Source: an uncultured bacterium
GTDB taxonomy: Bacteria > Desulfobacterota > Binatia > HRBIN30 > CADEER01
Assembly: GCA_963757755.1 (NCBI GenBank)
Contig: CAVWTK010000004.1
Span: forward strand, 445,783 to 509,782
Reading direction: 5' to 3'
DNA length: 64,000 nucleotides
A model generated the notes under the pieces. That model worked only from the letters and a program-made list of their open reading frames with translations, did no database searches and was not told where the DNA came from. Positions 1-10,078 of the stretch are shown here, piece by piece. The translations under genes were made by a program, and so were the position numbers. How positions within the stretch are numbered: position 1 is the first letter of the stretch; each line of letters begins with the position of its first letter.

Positions 1-1
1 C

Positions 2-562
2 CTCGCCCCGGTCGGCCGCGCGCTCGCCGAGGCACAGCGCCGCCTGAGCGAGCGCGCCGGCCGAACGCTGCGCGTCGAGATCGAGCCCGGTCGGTATCTC
101 GTCGCTCCGAGCGCGGTGCTGGTCGCGCGGGTCACCGACGTGAAGGCAACGACCACCAACGACAAGGGACCGGGGCACACCTTCGTCATGGTCGATGCCG
201 GCTTCACCGATCTCGTGCGCCCGGCGATGTACGGGTCGTACCACCACATCAGCATCCACGGCAGCGACGCGGCGAGGACGCCCGAGCCGCTGGTCGTCGC
301 CGGCCCCCTGTGCGAGTCGGGCGACGTCTTCACCCGTGACGATCACGAGTTGCTGAAGCCGCGCCTGTTGCCGCGGCCGCGCATCGGCGATCTGCTGGTG
401 CTGCACGACGCCGGGGCCTACGGGCTGCAGATGAGCTCGCACTACAACTCGCTCGGGCGCGCCCCCCAGGTGTGGCTCGAGGACGGTCGCGCCCACCTCG
501 CGGCGCGCCGCGAATCGCTGGCCGATATCGTCCGGGCCGAGTGCTTCGAGCCTCTCGACTGA
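2..562 (+). CDS. lysA: Diaminopimelate decarboxylase, C-terminal part (5' end outside window)
   Basis: The frame is open from position 2. The translation ...RVEIEPGRYLVAPSAVLVARV...GPLCESGDVF...LHDAGAYG... matches the C-terminal region of LysA-type PLP decarboxylases. Stop at 560-562. Confidence 0.85.
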   Translation, partial: LAPVGRALAEAQRRLSERAGRTLRVEIEPGRYLVAPSAVLVARVTDVKATTTNDKGPGHTFVMVDAGFTDLVRPAMYGSYHHISIHGSDAARTPEPLVVAGPLCESGDVFTRDDHELLKPRLLPRPRIGDLLVLHDAGAYGLQMSSHYNSLGRAPQVWLEDGRAHLAARRESLADIVRAECFEPLD

Positions 563-589
563 GCGCGCAATAGGGGCGCGGCGCGGGGC

Positions 590-2471
590 ATGGCGGCGGG
601 ACAGACGGAGCCCGGTTCTCCCGCACCGCCGCCCTACGTGCCGGCCGATCAGGCACCGGCGGAGCTGTCCGCGCGCGCGGTCCTGCTCGGCATACTGCTG
701 TCGGCCGCGTTCGGCATGGTCAACGCCTACCTGGCGCTGAAGGTGGGGCTGACCGCCTCGGCGTCGATCCCGGCCGCGGTGCTCTCCATGGCGGTGCTGC
801 GCGGCCTGCTCGGACGGGGCACGATCCTCGAGAACAACGTCGTGCAGACCACGGCCTCGTCGGGCGATTCGCTCGCGGCGGGCATCGCGTTCACCGTCCC
901 GGCGCTGATCTTCCTCGGCTACGATCCCAGCGGCTTCCGCATCTTCCTGCTCGCCGCCACCGCCGGGCTGCTCGGCGTCCTGATGCTCATCCCGCTGCGC
1001 CATGAGCTGACGATCGTCGAGCACCCCCGCCTGCCGTTTCCCGAGGGAACGGCCTGCGCCACGGTGCTGATCGCCGGCGATCGCGGCCGCGCCGCGGCGC
1101 GGCCGGTGTTCATCGGCATCGGCCTCGGCGCCGCCTATCAGTTGGTCTCGCGCGGCCTCCAGCTGTGGAACGAAGCGGTGTTCATCACCGCCGAATCGCT
1201 GCACAAGGTGTCGTTCGGTGCCGAGCTGACGCCGCTCTTCCTCGGCGTCGGCTATCTCGTGGGCGCGCGCATCGCCGGCATCATGCTCGCCGGCGGCGTC
1301 CTCGCCTGGATGATCCTGATTCCGCTGTTCGACACTATCGCCGGGACCGGCGCGGGAACGCTGCTCGGCCTCCCCGCCGATCTCGCCACGCAGGGTGCGC
1401 AGGCCGATCTGGAGCACGCAGGTCCGCTTCGTCGGCGCCGGCGCGGTGGCGTGCGGTGGCGTGTGGTCGATCGCGCGCGCCATGCCGGTGATGTGGCGCG
1501 GTGTGCAGTCGCTGCTCGCCGCGGCGGCGCAGCGCGGGCTGCACGACGTCCCGCGCACCGAGCGCGATCTGCCGCCGGCAGTGGTCATCGGCGGCACGGC
1601 CGCGCTCGGCCTGGCGATGTGGCTGGTCCCCGCGTACGAGATGCATCTGCCGGAGGTCGGCCTGGCGCTCGTCTTCAGCTTCTTTTTCGTCGTCGTCTCG
1701 GGGCAGATCGTCGGACTGATCGGCACGACCTCGCAGCCCATCTCCGGTATGACGATTACCGCGCTGTTGGTGACGGCAGCGGTCTTGAGCGCGCTCGGCT
1801 ACGATGGGCACACCGGCACGGCGGCAACCCTGGCGGTGGCGGCGATCGTCTGCACCGCGGCGGCGCTGGCCGGCGACACCATCCAGGACTTCAAGTGCGG
1901 GGCCCTGGTCGGCGCGACGCCGCGTGCCCTCGAGATCTCGCAGATGATCGGGGTCGCGGTGGCGGCGCTGCGCGCCGGATGGCTCATCGCGCTCCTGCAC
2001 GCGGCCTACACGCTGGGCTCGCCGGCCCTGCCGGCGCCGCAGGCCAGGCTCATGGCGACGCTGGCCGACGGGGTCATGCACGGCCAACTCCCGTGGGCGC
2101 TGCTCGGGCTCGGCGTCGTGCTCGCCGCCATCGCCGAGCTCGCCGGCATCGCCAGCCTGCCATTCGCGATCGGACTCTACCTGCCGATCACCACCACCGC
2201 GTCGCTCATCTTCGGCGGCCTCATCGCCGCCTACTGGGGCCGCGGCCAGCGTGACGACGATCCCGCCACCCTGTTCGCCTCCGGCTTGATCGCCGGTGAC
2301 GCCCTGCTCGGCGTCCTCTTCGCCGGCCTCATCGTCGCCGGTTGGGGCAACGCCCTCGCACTCCGCACGCCTGCCGACAGCGGCGCTCTCGAGGCCGCGA
2401 TCACCGCCGTCCCATTCGTCGTCCTCGCCTGGGCGCTCAGCCGATATGCCCGCCGCGGCGCCGCGGCGTGA
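590..2471 (+). CDS. OPT family oligopeptide transporter, reading frame broken once near 1400
   Basis: The N-terminal half is in ORF 590.. (LLGILLSAAFGMVNAYLALKVGL..., FPEGTACATVL). The C-terminal half is in ORF 1395..2471 (VRFVGAGAVACGG..., GDTIQDFKCGALVGATP, LPFAIGLYLP). Both halves are polytopic membrane sequence typical of OPT/EspB-type transporters. The two frames join only through a 1-nt shift. Confidence 0.8.
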
Positions 2472-2562
2472 GGCCCAGCGCTCCCGCATCCCCACGACCG
2501 TCGAGACGCCCGGCGCCAACTCGATGGCGCCCCCACCGTCCGCTTGCTAGGCCTGCGGCCGC

Positions 2563-3450
2563 ATGAACGCGGTCGGCGCCGCCCTGACGGAACCCGCCCA
2601 CCACCAGCGACAGCTGTTGTTGCGCGGCATCGGTGTGATCCTGTGCAGCTCGGTATTCCTCGGCGCCATGGCCGTCGCGGTGCGCGTGGCGACGCGCAGC
2701 ATGGACGCCGGACAGGTGGCGTTCATGCGCTTCCTCGGCTCGTTCGTCGTTCTGCTCGTCCTGCGCGGTGAGCGCAGCCTGCGACCGGTCGGCACGCTGC
2801 CGCCGATCCTGATGCGCGGCATCCTCGGCGCCGGCGCGATCCTGCTCTACTATCGCGGCATCCAGAGCGCCGGCGCCGGCCTCGCGACGCTGCTCCACTT
2901 CACCTACCCGATCTGGACGGCGGTGATCGCCACCACGCTGCTACACGAACGCTTCGACGCGCGACTCGGACTCGCCCTCCTGGTGTTTGTCGCCGGCATC
3001 GCCGTGGTCGTCATTCCGGGCGCCGATCTCTCCGGGGCGGCGACGACCGGCAGCCTGTATGCGCTGGCCGCCTCGGTGCTCGCCGGCGCCGCGGTCAGCA
3101 CCGCGCGCCAGCTTCGAGCGGTCGAGAGCGCCTACCTGGTCACCACGTATTTCATGGCCATCGGCACCGTGCTGACCGCGCCATCGCTGCTGTCGGGTCT
3201 GCCGGCGATCAGGGGCGAGCTCGGGCTCGCCCTGCTCGTGGTGGTCGTCATGTCGGTCGCCGGCCAACTCCTGCTGCACTTCGGGCTCGGCTTCGCCCCC
3301 GCGATCCAGGCCAGCCTTGCCGGCGCGACCGCCGTCATCTCGACCGCCGTCTTCGCCGGGCTGTTCCTCGGCGAGCACCTCGACGTCCACACCATGGTGG
3401 GTGCAGGGGTGTTGCTCGTAGCAATCGCGCTCGGCGTTGGCCGGCGCTGA
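2563..3450 (+). CDS. EamA/DMT family transporter
   Basis: 295-aa hydrophobic protein with about 10 predicted TM segments and two-EamA-repeat architecture (LLRGIGVILCSSVFLGAMAVAVR..., LLHERF..). Confidence 0.8.
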   Translation: MNAVGAALTEPAHHQRQLLLRGIGVILCSSVFLGAMAVAVRVATRSMDAGQVAFMRFLGSFVVLLVLRGERSLRPVGTLPPILMRGILGAGAILLYYRGIQSAGAGLATLLHFTYPIWTAVIATTLLHERFDARLGLALLVFVAGIAVVVIPGADLSGAATTGSLYALAASVLAGAAVSTARQLRAVESAYLVTTYFMAIGTVLTAPSLLSGLPAIRGELGLALLVVVVMSVAGQLLLHFGLGFAPAIQASLAGATAVISTAVFAGLFLGEHLDVHTMVGAGVLLVAIALGVGRR

Positions 3451-3456
3451 AGAGCC

Positions 3457-3518
3457 GCCACGGACGCCAAGGTCGCTGAGAGAGCGCCCTCTTGGCCCCC
3501 ACCGGCGTCCATGGTGGC
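3457..3518. terminator. Imperfect long hairpin between convergent genes
   Basis: GCCACGGACGCCAAG (3457-3471) pairs with CTTGGC (3491-3496) and GGCGTCCATGGTGGC (3504-3518), with a 3-nt bulge. It lies between the EamA stop and the DmpA-like stop. There is no U-tract. Confidence 0.3.
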
Positions 3519-4460
3519 TCACCGCGTGCGAGTCACCGCCCGCAGCACCGCCGCGCTCACTGCCTCGACGGCGGCGTGCTGCAGGGCGACGAGGTCGATC
3601 ATCGCCGTCGTCGCGCGGCGACGACGGCCGGTCGCCAACACGATCAGCGCGTCGCCGTCGACGCGCGTGTGCACCGGTCGGATCGTCCGCGCCAGGCCGT
3701 CGTGCGCCTGGCTGGCGAGGTCGGTCGCATCCTCACGCGTCAGCGTGGCGTCGGTCACGAGCACGCCGATCGTCGTGTTGCCGAACGGGGTCGTGCCGTC
3801 GCCGACGAGGATGCGGTCGACGGACTCGAACCCGCGCCCGCGCGGCGACCGCACGCCGGCGACGATCCGACCCTTGGCGGGGTCGACGATCTCGCCGTAC
3901 GCGTTGACCGCGACGATCGCTTCCACGGTTGCGCCGCCGGGAACCGCGCGGCGCGCGATACCGAGACCGCCAGGGCTGCAGCGCTGCAGGCCGGCCGCCT
4001 TGCCGACGGTCGCCCCGGTGCCGGCGCCGACGCGTCCCTCGACCGGCCTCGTACCGCCGGCGGCGGCGCAGGCCGCGTAGCCGGCATCGGCGTCGGGCCG
4101 CCGGTTGGGGTCGCCGACGCCGAGGTCGTAGAGACCGAGCGCCGGCACGATCGGAATGCACGCATGGCCCGTCGCCAGTCCGATGCCGCGTTCGCTGAGC
4201 CAGCGGACGACGCCGTCCGTGGCCGCCAGACCGAAGACACTGCCGCCGGACAGGACCGCGCCGTGCACCAACCGCGGCGCGACGCCACGCGTCAGCGCCA
4301 GGATCTCGGTCTCGCGCGAGCACGGCGCCCCACCGCGGATGGCGACCGCGCCGACGGCTCCGCGCGGGCACAGGACGACGGTGCATCCCGTAACGGCGGC
4401 GGGATCCGACCAGTGGCCGATCAGGACGCCGAGGTCGTTGGCTGTCGGCCGCGCTGCCAC
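3519..4460 (-). CDS. P1/S58 (DmpA-type) family aminopeptidase
   Basis: 313 aa. Strings such as GVLIGHWSD..TGCTVVL, GAPCSRETE, LSGGSVFGL and NTTIGVLVTDA are characteristic of the DmpA/BapA Ntn-hydrolase family. Confidence 0.8.
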   Translation of the reverse strand: MAARPTANDLGVLIGHWSDPAAVTGCTVVLCPRGAVGAVAIRGGAPCSRETEILALTRGVAPRLVHGAVLSGGSVFGLAATDGVVRWLSERGIGLATGHACIPIVPALGLYDLGVGDPNRRPDADAGYAACAAAGGTRPVEGRVGAGTGATVGKAAGLQRCSPGGLGIARRAVPGGATVEAIVAVNAYGEIVDPAKGRIVAGVRSPRGRGFESVDRILVGDGTTPFGNTTIGVLVTDATLTREDATDLASQAHDGLARTIRPVHTRVDGDALIVLATGRRRRATTAMIDLVALQHAAVEAVSAAVLRAVTRTR

Positions 4461-4463
4461 GGC

Positions 4464-5639
4464 TCAGAGGATGTCGAGGCCGCGGAGATGATCGACCACG
4501 GCGGCGATGATGCCGTCGCGCCCGAACGGCGCCAGGTGGCTGCCGCTGAACCAATGGATCGCCGGACGTCGCCAGTGCTCCCACAGTGCGTACGGATGCT
4601 CCGGGGGCACGACGCGGTCGCCGCGGCCGGCGATGATCAACGTCCGCCGGCGCTGGACGCGCAGCGCATACGTGAGGGGCGAGTGCACGCGATGGGTGGC
4701 GCGGAGCTCCGCATGCGTATAGCCGGTCTCGGCTCCCCGGCGCGCCGCCGGAGTCGCCGACAGGAACCGCCAGGCGAGATCGCCGATGCAGACGGGCGGC
4801 ACCATCGGGATGACGAACGGCAGATCATCGACGAGGCCCGCCATGATCGCCGCCAGATAGCCACCCAGGCTGAGCCCGAGTAGGCCGACCGGCGCGTCGC
4901 TGTGGGCCGCGAGCCAGGTCCGCACGAGCTGGATGTCGTAGATCGCCCGCCGCACCGCCTCGCACATCGCCGCCGGGTTGCGCTCGGCGAAGCGTTGGCC
5001 CGAGAAGCGGGCTCCGGCAGGCGTTCGAGCGCCGTGGTACGGCAGCGTCAGCAACGCGACGTCCAGACCACGCGCGTACCAGGCTGACGCGAACAGCGCC
5101 CAGGCATCGACGCGCGGCGTTCCCATCCCGAAGCCGTGCAGGGCGAGGACAGTGGCGCGCGGGGCGCGGCGCTCGTGCATCCAGTGCTCGACGAGGATGG
5201 CGTCGTTCGGCTCGCCGCCGTCGCCCACGTACGGCCGGTAGGCACCCGTGAAGCGTCGGGCGATGACCACGCCGCCGTCGCGCCGCCACTGCCGCACGAC
5301 CGTCGGTTCGGGCGCGTCAGTGGCGGCATCGAGAAACGCGAAGAAGCGCCGCGGCGAGTGGCGGAGCACGCCGCTCTGATACGGCGCCGCGGCAGCGCGC
5401 AGCTGCGGCAGGTCCGTGGCGCTGGGCATGAGTGTCGCGTCGATCACGCGACGCATCATCTCGACCACCGCGCGGTCGACCGTCAGGCCGATACCGGTGA
5501 ACACGCGGTCCGACCAGGTCTCGTCGGGTAGCGTCGCGGTGGGCAGCGCGACATCGGCGACCGAGCTCACACGCACATTCAATCGCGATCGGCGGTCGAG
5601 TGACAACCCTTTTCGCGTCGCGCGACCTTGACAGCCCAT
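4464..5639 (-). CDS. Alpha/beta hydrolase fold protein (start codon uncertain)
   Basis: VLALHGFGMG and the nucleophile-elbow-like GLSLGG motif. Its stop is 3 nt from the DmpA-like start, suggesting an operon. Alternative GTG starts exist at 5576 and 5570. Confidence 0.65.
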   Translation of the reverse strand: MGCQGRATRKGLSLDRRSRLNVRVSSVADVALPTATLPDETWSDRVFTGIGLTVDRAVVEMMRRVIDATLMPSATDLPQLRAAAAPYQSGVLRHSPRRFFAFLDAATDAPEPTVVRQWRRDGGVVIARRFTGAYRPYVGDGGEPNDAILVEHWMHERRAPRATVLALHGFGMGTPRVDAWALFASAWYARGLDVALLTLPYHGARTPAGARFSGQRFAERNPAAMCEAVRRAIYDIQLVRTWLAAHSDAPVGLLGLSLGGYLAAIMAGLVDDLPFVIPMVPPVCIGDLAWRFLSATPAARRGAETGYTHAELRATHRVHSPLTYALRVQRRRTLIIAGRGDRVVPPEHPYALWEHWRRPAIHWFSGSHLAPFGRDGIIAAVVDHLRGLDIL

Positions 5640-5655
5640 CGACCGGGCTTAGCTT
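5628..5655 (+). promoter_or_regulatory. Possible sigma70-like promoter for hsp20
   Basis: TTGACA (5628-5633), 16-nt spacer, TAGCTT (5650-5655), about 60 nt upstream of the hsp20 ATG. I saw no CIRCE element or clear sigma32 consensus. Confidence 0.25.
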
Positions 5656-5716
5656 GCCGAGTGTCATCGCGACCCTACAACACGTCGCCCGCCCTTGCGG
5701 GCCAAGGAGGATTTCA

Positions 5717-6145
5717 ATGCTTGTTCACGTTCGCACCCCCCGCCCCACGCGCGATTTCTCGAGCTTCCAGCGCGACGTCGACGACGTCTTCCGCCGCGCC
5801 TTCGGCTACGCCGGTGCGCCGGCCGCGTCGGCGCTCGAGGTCGTACCCGACGCCGACGGCGTGACCGTTCGCGCCGAGCTCCCGGGCGTCGATCCCGCCA
5901 ACATCAAGATCGGCGTCGAGGGCCGCGTGCTCTCGATCTCCGGCGAGCGCCCCACCGAAAAGCGCGAGAACGGCGCCTATCAGTTGCGCGAGCGCACCTA
6001 CGGCACGTTCGCGCAGACGCTGCGACTGTCCGACGATCTCGATGCCGAGAGCATCAGCGCCGAGGCGAAGCACGGCGTCCTGACGCTCCGCATCGCGAAG
6101 CGCGCCGAGGCCAAGCCGCGGCAGATCGAGGTCAAGGTCAGCTGA
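5717..6145 (+). CDS. Hsp20/alpha-crystallin family small heat-shock protein
   Basis: AAGGAGG lies 5 nt upstream of the ATG at 5717. The alpha-crystallin-domain pattern is present: VTVRAELPGVDPANIKIGVEGRVLSISGER...YGTFAQTLRL...ISAEAKHGVLTLRIAK. Confidence 0.9.
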   Translation: MLVHVRTPRPTRDFSSFQRDVDDVFRRAFGYAGAPAASALEVVPDADGVTVRAELPGVDPANIKIGVEGRVLSISGERPTEKRENGAYQLRERTYGTFAQTLRLSDDLDAESISAEAKHGVLTLRIAKRAEAKPRQIEVKVS

Positions 6146-6181
6146 CCGTCGGAACCCACATCACACGAAGGAGCTCAAACG

Positions 6182-6541
6182 ATGAATAACCAGGAAGTCA
6201 GTCGCACCGACGTCGAGCAGCGCGTGTACCGGCGGACGCCGGAGGTCGAGATCTTCGAGGACGAACAGGCCCTGTTCGTCTCCGCCGACGTCCCCGGCGT
6301 GGATCCGGGCCGTATCGACGTCGCTCTCGACGAGGGCGTGCTGAGCGTCACGGCCCGCGTCGAGCAGCCGGAGGGCGACGCCAGCGTCGCCACCGAATTC
6401 ACTCGGCGCTTCACGCTCCGCGATCCGTCGCGCTACGACGCCGATCAGATCAGCGCCACCGTTCGCAACGGCGTCCTCGAGTTGCGTCTCCCGAAGAGCG
6501 AGCGCACCCGCCGCCGTCAGATCCCCGTCAGCGTCCAGTAG
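6182..6541 (+). CDS. Hsp20/alpha-crystallin family small heat-shock protein (second copy)
   Basis: LFVSADVPGVDPGRIDVALDEGVLSVTARV...FTRRFTL...ISATVRNGVLELRLPK. It starts 36 nt downstream of the first hsp20. Confidence 0.85.
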   Translation: MNNQEVSRTDVEQRVYRRTPEVEIFEDEQALFVSADVPGVDPGRIDVALDEGVLSVTARVEQPEGDASVATEFTRRFTLRDPSRYDADQISATVRNGVLELRLPKSERTRRRQIPVSVQ

Positions 6542-6548
6542 TTCCCCG

Positions 6549-6568
6549 GCGGCCGGTCGAACGGCCGC
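6549..6568 (+). terminator. GC hairpin after the hsp20 pair
   Basis: GCGGCCG (6549-6555), loop GTCGAA, CGGCCGC (6562-6568), immediately after the stop at 6541. There is no U-tract. Confidence 0.3.
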
Positions 6569-6641
6569 ACCCTCCCCCCCACATGCGCGCGGCGGCAGCC
6601 CTCCCTGCCGCTGCGCGCGCGCCGTTTCACCGCGCTCGAAT

Positions 6642-9328
6642 ATGGTAGAGTGGGGTCCCATGGACGCCTTCTACCGCGCCGACACCGACCCCGCCGACAC
6701 CAACGCCTGGATCGAATCGCTCGATGCGGTCTTACACGGCGAGGGGCCGCAACGCGCCCGCTATCTGCTGAGCCGTCTGATCGAGCACGGCTTCGCCAGC
6801 GGCGTCAGCCTGCCGTTCACCGCCAACACGCCGTACATCAACACCATCCCCGCCGACGAGCAGCCCGTCTATCCGGGTGATCGGGAGATCGAGCGGCGCA
6901 TCCGCAGCCTCATCCGCTGGAATGCGATGGCGATGGTGGTGCGCGCCAACCGGACCTACAGCGGCATCGGCGGCCACATCTCCACCTACGCCTCGTGCGC
7001 GACCTTGTTCGAGGTGGGATTCTACCATTTCTTCCGCGGCCATCAGGACGGCGTCGCCGGCGATCACGTCTACTTCCAGGGCCATGCCTCGCCCGGCGTC
7101 TACGCGCGCGCCTTCCTCGAAGGGCGTCTGTCCGACTTGCAGCTGCACGCCTTTCGCCGCGAGGTCGGCGGCGGCGGGCTCTCGTCCTATCCGCATCCAT
7201 GGCTGATGCCGGAGTTCTGGGAGTTCCCCACCGTGTCGATGGGACTCTCGCCGATCTCGTCGATCTACCAGGCGCGCTTCAACCGCTACCTGCGCGACCG
7301 CGGTTTGCACGACACTGACGCCAGCCACGTCTGGGCGTTCCTCGGCGACGGCGAGACCGACGAGCCCGAGACCCTCGGCGCCATCACGCTCGCCGCGCGC
7401 GAGCACCTCGACAACCTGATCTGGGTGATCAACTGCAACCTGCAGCGCCTCGACGGTCCGGTGCGCGGCAACGGCAAGATCATCCAGGAGCTCGAGGCGG
7501 TCTTCCGCGGCGCCGGCTGGAACGTCATCAAGGTCATCTGGGGCGACGACTGGGACCCGCTGCTCGCGGCCGACGACAACGGCTTGCTGGTGCAGCGCAT
7601 GGGCGAGGTCGTCGACGGGCAGTATCAGAAGTACACCGTGTCGTACGGCGCCTACATCCGCGAGCACTTCTTCGGCACGCGATCCGGAGCTGCTCGCGAT
7701 GGTGGAGGATCTCACCGACGCCAAGCTGCGCCGCATGCGCCGCGGCGGCCACGACCCAGAGAAGGTCTACGCCGCGTATCGCGCCGCCGTCGAGCACGTC
7801 GGCGCGCCGACCGTCATCCTCGCCAAGACCATCAAGGGCTACGGCCTCGGCGAGGCGGGCGAGGGCCGCAACGTCACCCACCAGCAGAAGAAGCTGAACG
7901 AGAAGGAGCTGCGCGAGTTCCGCGACCGCTTCGGCATCCCGATCGCCGATCGCGATCTGCTCGAAACGCCCTTCTACCGGCCACCCGACGACAGCGAGGA
8001 GATCGAGTATCTGCTCGAGCGCCGCCGCGCGCTCGGCGGCTTCGTGCCGCGCGCGCCGCGTCCACGCCGTCCCACTGGCCACGCCATCGGCGGACTGGTT
8101 CGCGGAGTTCACTCGCCGGCACGGGCGAGCGCGAGGTCGCGACGACGATGGCGCTGGTGCGTCTGCTGCAGCGCCTGATGAACGACAAGGCGATCGGCCA
8201 GCTCATCGTACCGATCGTCCCGGACGAGGCGCGCACGTTCGGCATGGACGCGCTGTTCCGCAAGTTCGGCATCTACTCGCACCTCGGCCAGCGCTACGAG
8301 CCGGCCGACTCCGACGTCGTCCTCTACTATCGCGAGGCCACCGACGGGCAGCTGCTCGAAGAAGGGATCACCGAAGCGGGCGCGATGGCGTCGTTCACCG
8401 CCGCCGGCACGGCCTACGCGACGCACGGCGTTGACGATGATTCCCTTCTTCTTCTTCTACTCGATGTTCGGCTTCCAGCGCATCGGCGATCTGATCTGGC
8501 AGAACGCCGACGCGCGCGGCCGCGGCTTCCTGGTCGGCGCCACCGCCGGCCGCACGACCCTCGCCGGCGAGGGGCTGCAGCACCAGGACGGCCACAGCCA
8601 GCTGCTCGCCAGCGTCGTGCCGACCATTCGCGCCTACGATCCGGCGTTCGCCTACGAGATCGCGGTGATCGTCCAGGACGGGCTGCGCCGCATGTACGGG
8701 GAGGGCGAGGACTGCTTCTACTACCTCACCGTCTACAACGAGCATGTACCCGATGCCGGCCATGCCGGCGGGCGTCGAGGAGGGCATCCGGCGCGGGCTC
8801 TACAAGGTCGCGCCGGCCGCTGATCTGCCCGATGCGCCGCGCCTGCATCTGTTCGGCAGCGGCGCCATCCTGCGCGAGGCGCTCGCCGCGCAAACGCTGC
8901 TCGCCGAGCGCGGCGTGGCCGCCGACGTCTGGAGCGTCACCAGCTACACCGAGCTGCGCCGCGACGCGCTCGCCTGTGAGCGCTGGAACCGGCTGCACCC
9001 CGCATCGACGGCGCGCGTGTCGTATCTCGCGGGCATCCTGGCCGGCGAGCCGTGGCCGGTCGTCGCCGCCAGCGACTACCTGAAGATCGTGCCCGATCAG
9101 ATCGCGCGCTTCGTCCCTGCCGGCCTGGTGTCGCTCGGCACCGACGGCTTCGGGCGCAGCGACACCCGCGACGCGCTGCGGCGCTTCTTCGAGATCGACG
9201 CACCGTCGATCGCCGTCGCCGCGCTCGCCGAGCTGGCGCGTCGCGGACGCGTCGCGGCCGATGCCGTCGCCGAGGCGATCCGCGCCTACGACCTGGATCC
9301 GGACGGAGGCGATCCCGCGACGCGCTGA
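6642..9328 (+). pseudogene. aceE: Pyruvate dehydrogenase E1 component (homodimeric AceE type), reading frame broken at least five times as assembled
   Basis: AceE-like sequence runs through five frame segments:
- 6642-7685: [53 protein letters not shown].
- 7685-8055: [16 protein letters not shown].
- 8055-8120: [14 protein letters not shown].
- 8120-8425: [18 protein letters not shown].
- 8431-8750: [12 protein letters not shown].
- 8744-9328: C-terminal domain.
No aceF or lpd is adjacent. Confidence 0.85.
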
Positions 9329-9384
9329 CGATCGTGGCGACGGCGGACGTTGACTGCGCCCGACCGCTCGGCGACTCTGCGCGC

Positions 9385-9966
9385 ATGTGGATCGAACCGG
9401 TCACGCTCGAGGGGCGTCACATCCGCATGGAACCGCTGTCGCCCGCCCATGTGCCGGCACTGTGGGCGGCCAGCGCCCCGGAGGTCTACCGATTCAAACC
9501 ATACGCGGTGCGCACCGAGGACGACATGTACGGCTTCGTCGCGCGTCTCCAGGACGTGTACGCGACGGGCGAGGGACTGGGCTTCGCCACCATCGATCGC
9601 GCCAGCGGCGCGCCGATCGGCTCGAGCAGCTACTTTGCCGCCGACCCGCAGCACCGCCGTGTGGAGATCGGCGGCACCTGGGTGACGCCGCAGCGCCAGC
9701 GCACGCCGGTGAACACGGAAGCGAAGTATCTCATGCTGCGCCACGCCTTCGAATCGCTCGGTTGCCTGCGCGTCGAGTTCAAGACCGATCGGTTGAACGA
9801 CAAGTCGCGCCGCGCCCTCGAACGCATCGGTGCCGTCGAAGAGGGCGTGTTCCGCAATCACATGGTCATGCCGGACGGACGGATTCGCGACAGCGTCTAC
9901 TTCAGCATCATCGCCGCCGAATGGCCGACAGTGAAGGCGCTGCTCGAAGGCTTCCTGGCGCGCTGA
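9385..9966 (+). CDS. GNAT family N-acetyltransferase (RimJ/RimL-like)
   Basis: In-frame ATG at 9385. WIEPVTLEGRHIRMEPL..., EIGGTWVTPQ.QRT.VNTEAKYLML.HAFE.LG..RVEFKTD..N..SR.ALERIGA..EGV.R is the typical RimJ-like GNAT pattern. Confidence 0.8.
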   Translation: MWIEPVTLEGRHIRMEPLSPAHVPALWAASAPEVYRFKPYAVRTEDDMYGFVARLQDVYATGEGLGFATIDRASGAPIGSSSYFAADPQHRRVEIGGTWVTPQRQRTPVNTEAKYLMLRHAFESLGCLRVEFKTDRLNDKSRRALERIGAVEEGVFRNHMVMPDGRIRDSVYFSIIAAEWPTVKALLEGFLAR

Positions 9967-9995
9967 GGCCGGCTGGATTCAATCGAGGTCCCAAC

Positions 9996-10014
9996 GGCGG
10001 GCTCTACGCCCGCC
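9996..10014. terminator. GC hairpin between convergent genes
   Basis: GGCGGGC (9996-10002), loop TCTAC, GCCCGCC (10008-10014), between the GNAT stop (9966) and the batE stop (10079). Confidence 0.35.
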
Positions 10015-10078
10015 GCGACATCCCGATCGTTGACGGCGGCGCGCCACGGAAGCGGGCGTGGCCGCGCACGGCCAGCCG

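Noticed and set aside
3492-4883. 463-aa plus-strand ORF overlapping the DmpA-like and hydrolase genes
   Set aside because: It is antisense to two genes with clear family motifs. Its composition is Arg/Ala/Asp-rich shadow.
5600-5716. Longer 181-aa version of the first hsp20 ORF
   Set aside because: The extension has no Hsp20-like sequence and would overlap the divergent hydrolase start. The ATG at 5717 has a canonical AAGGAGG 5 nt upstream.
5560-6181. CIRCE (TTAGCACTC-N9-GAGTGCTAA) or sigma32-type heat-shock promoter upstream of the hsp20 genes (also checked at 22805-22911)
   Set aside because: No match to either consensus could be found by eye. Only weak sigma70-like hexamers are present.
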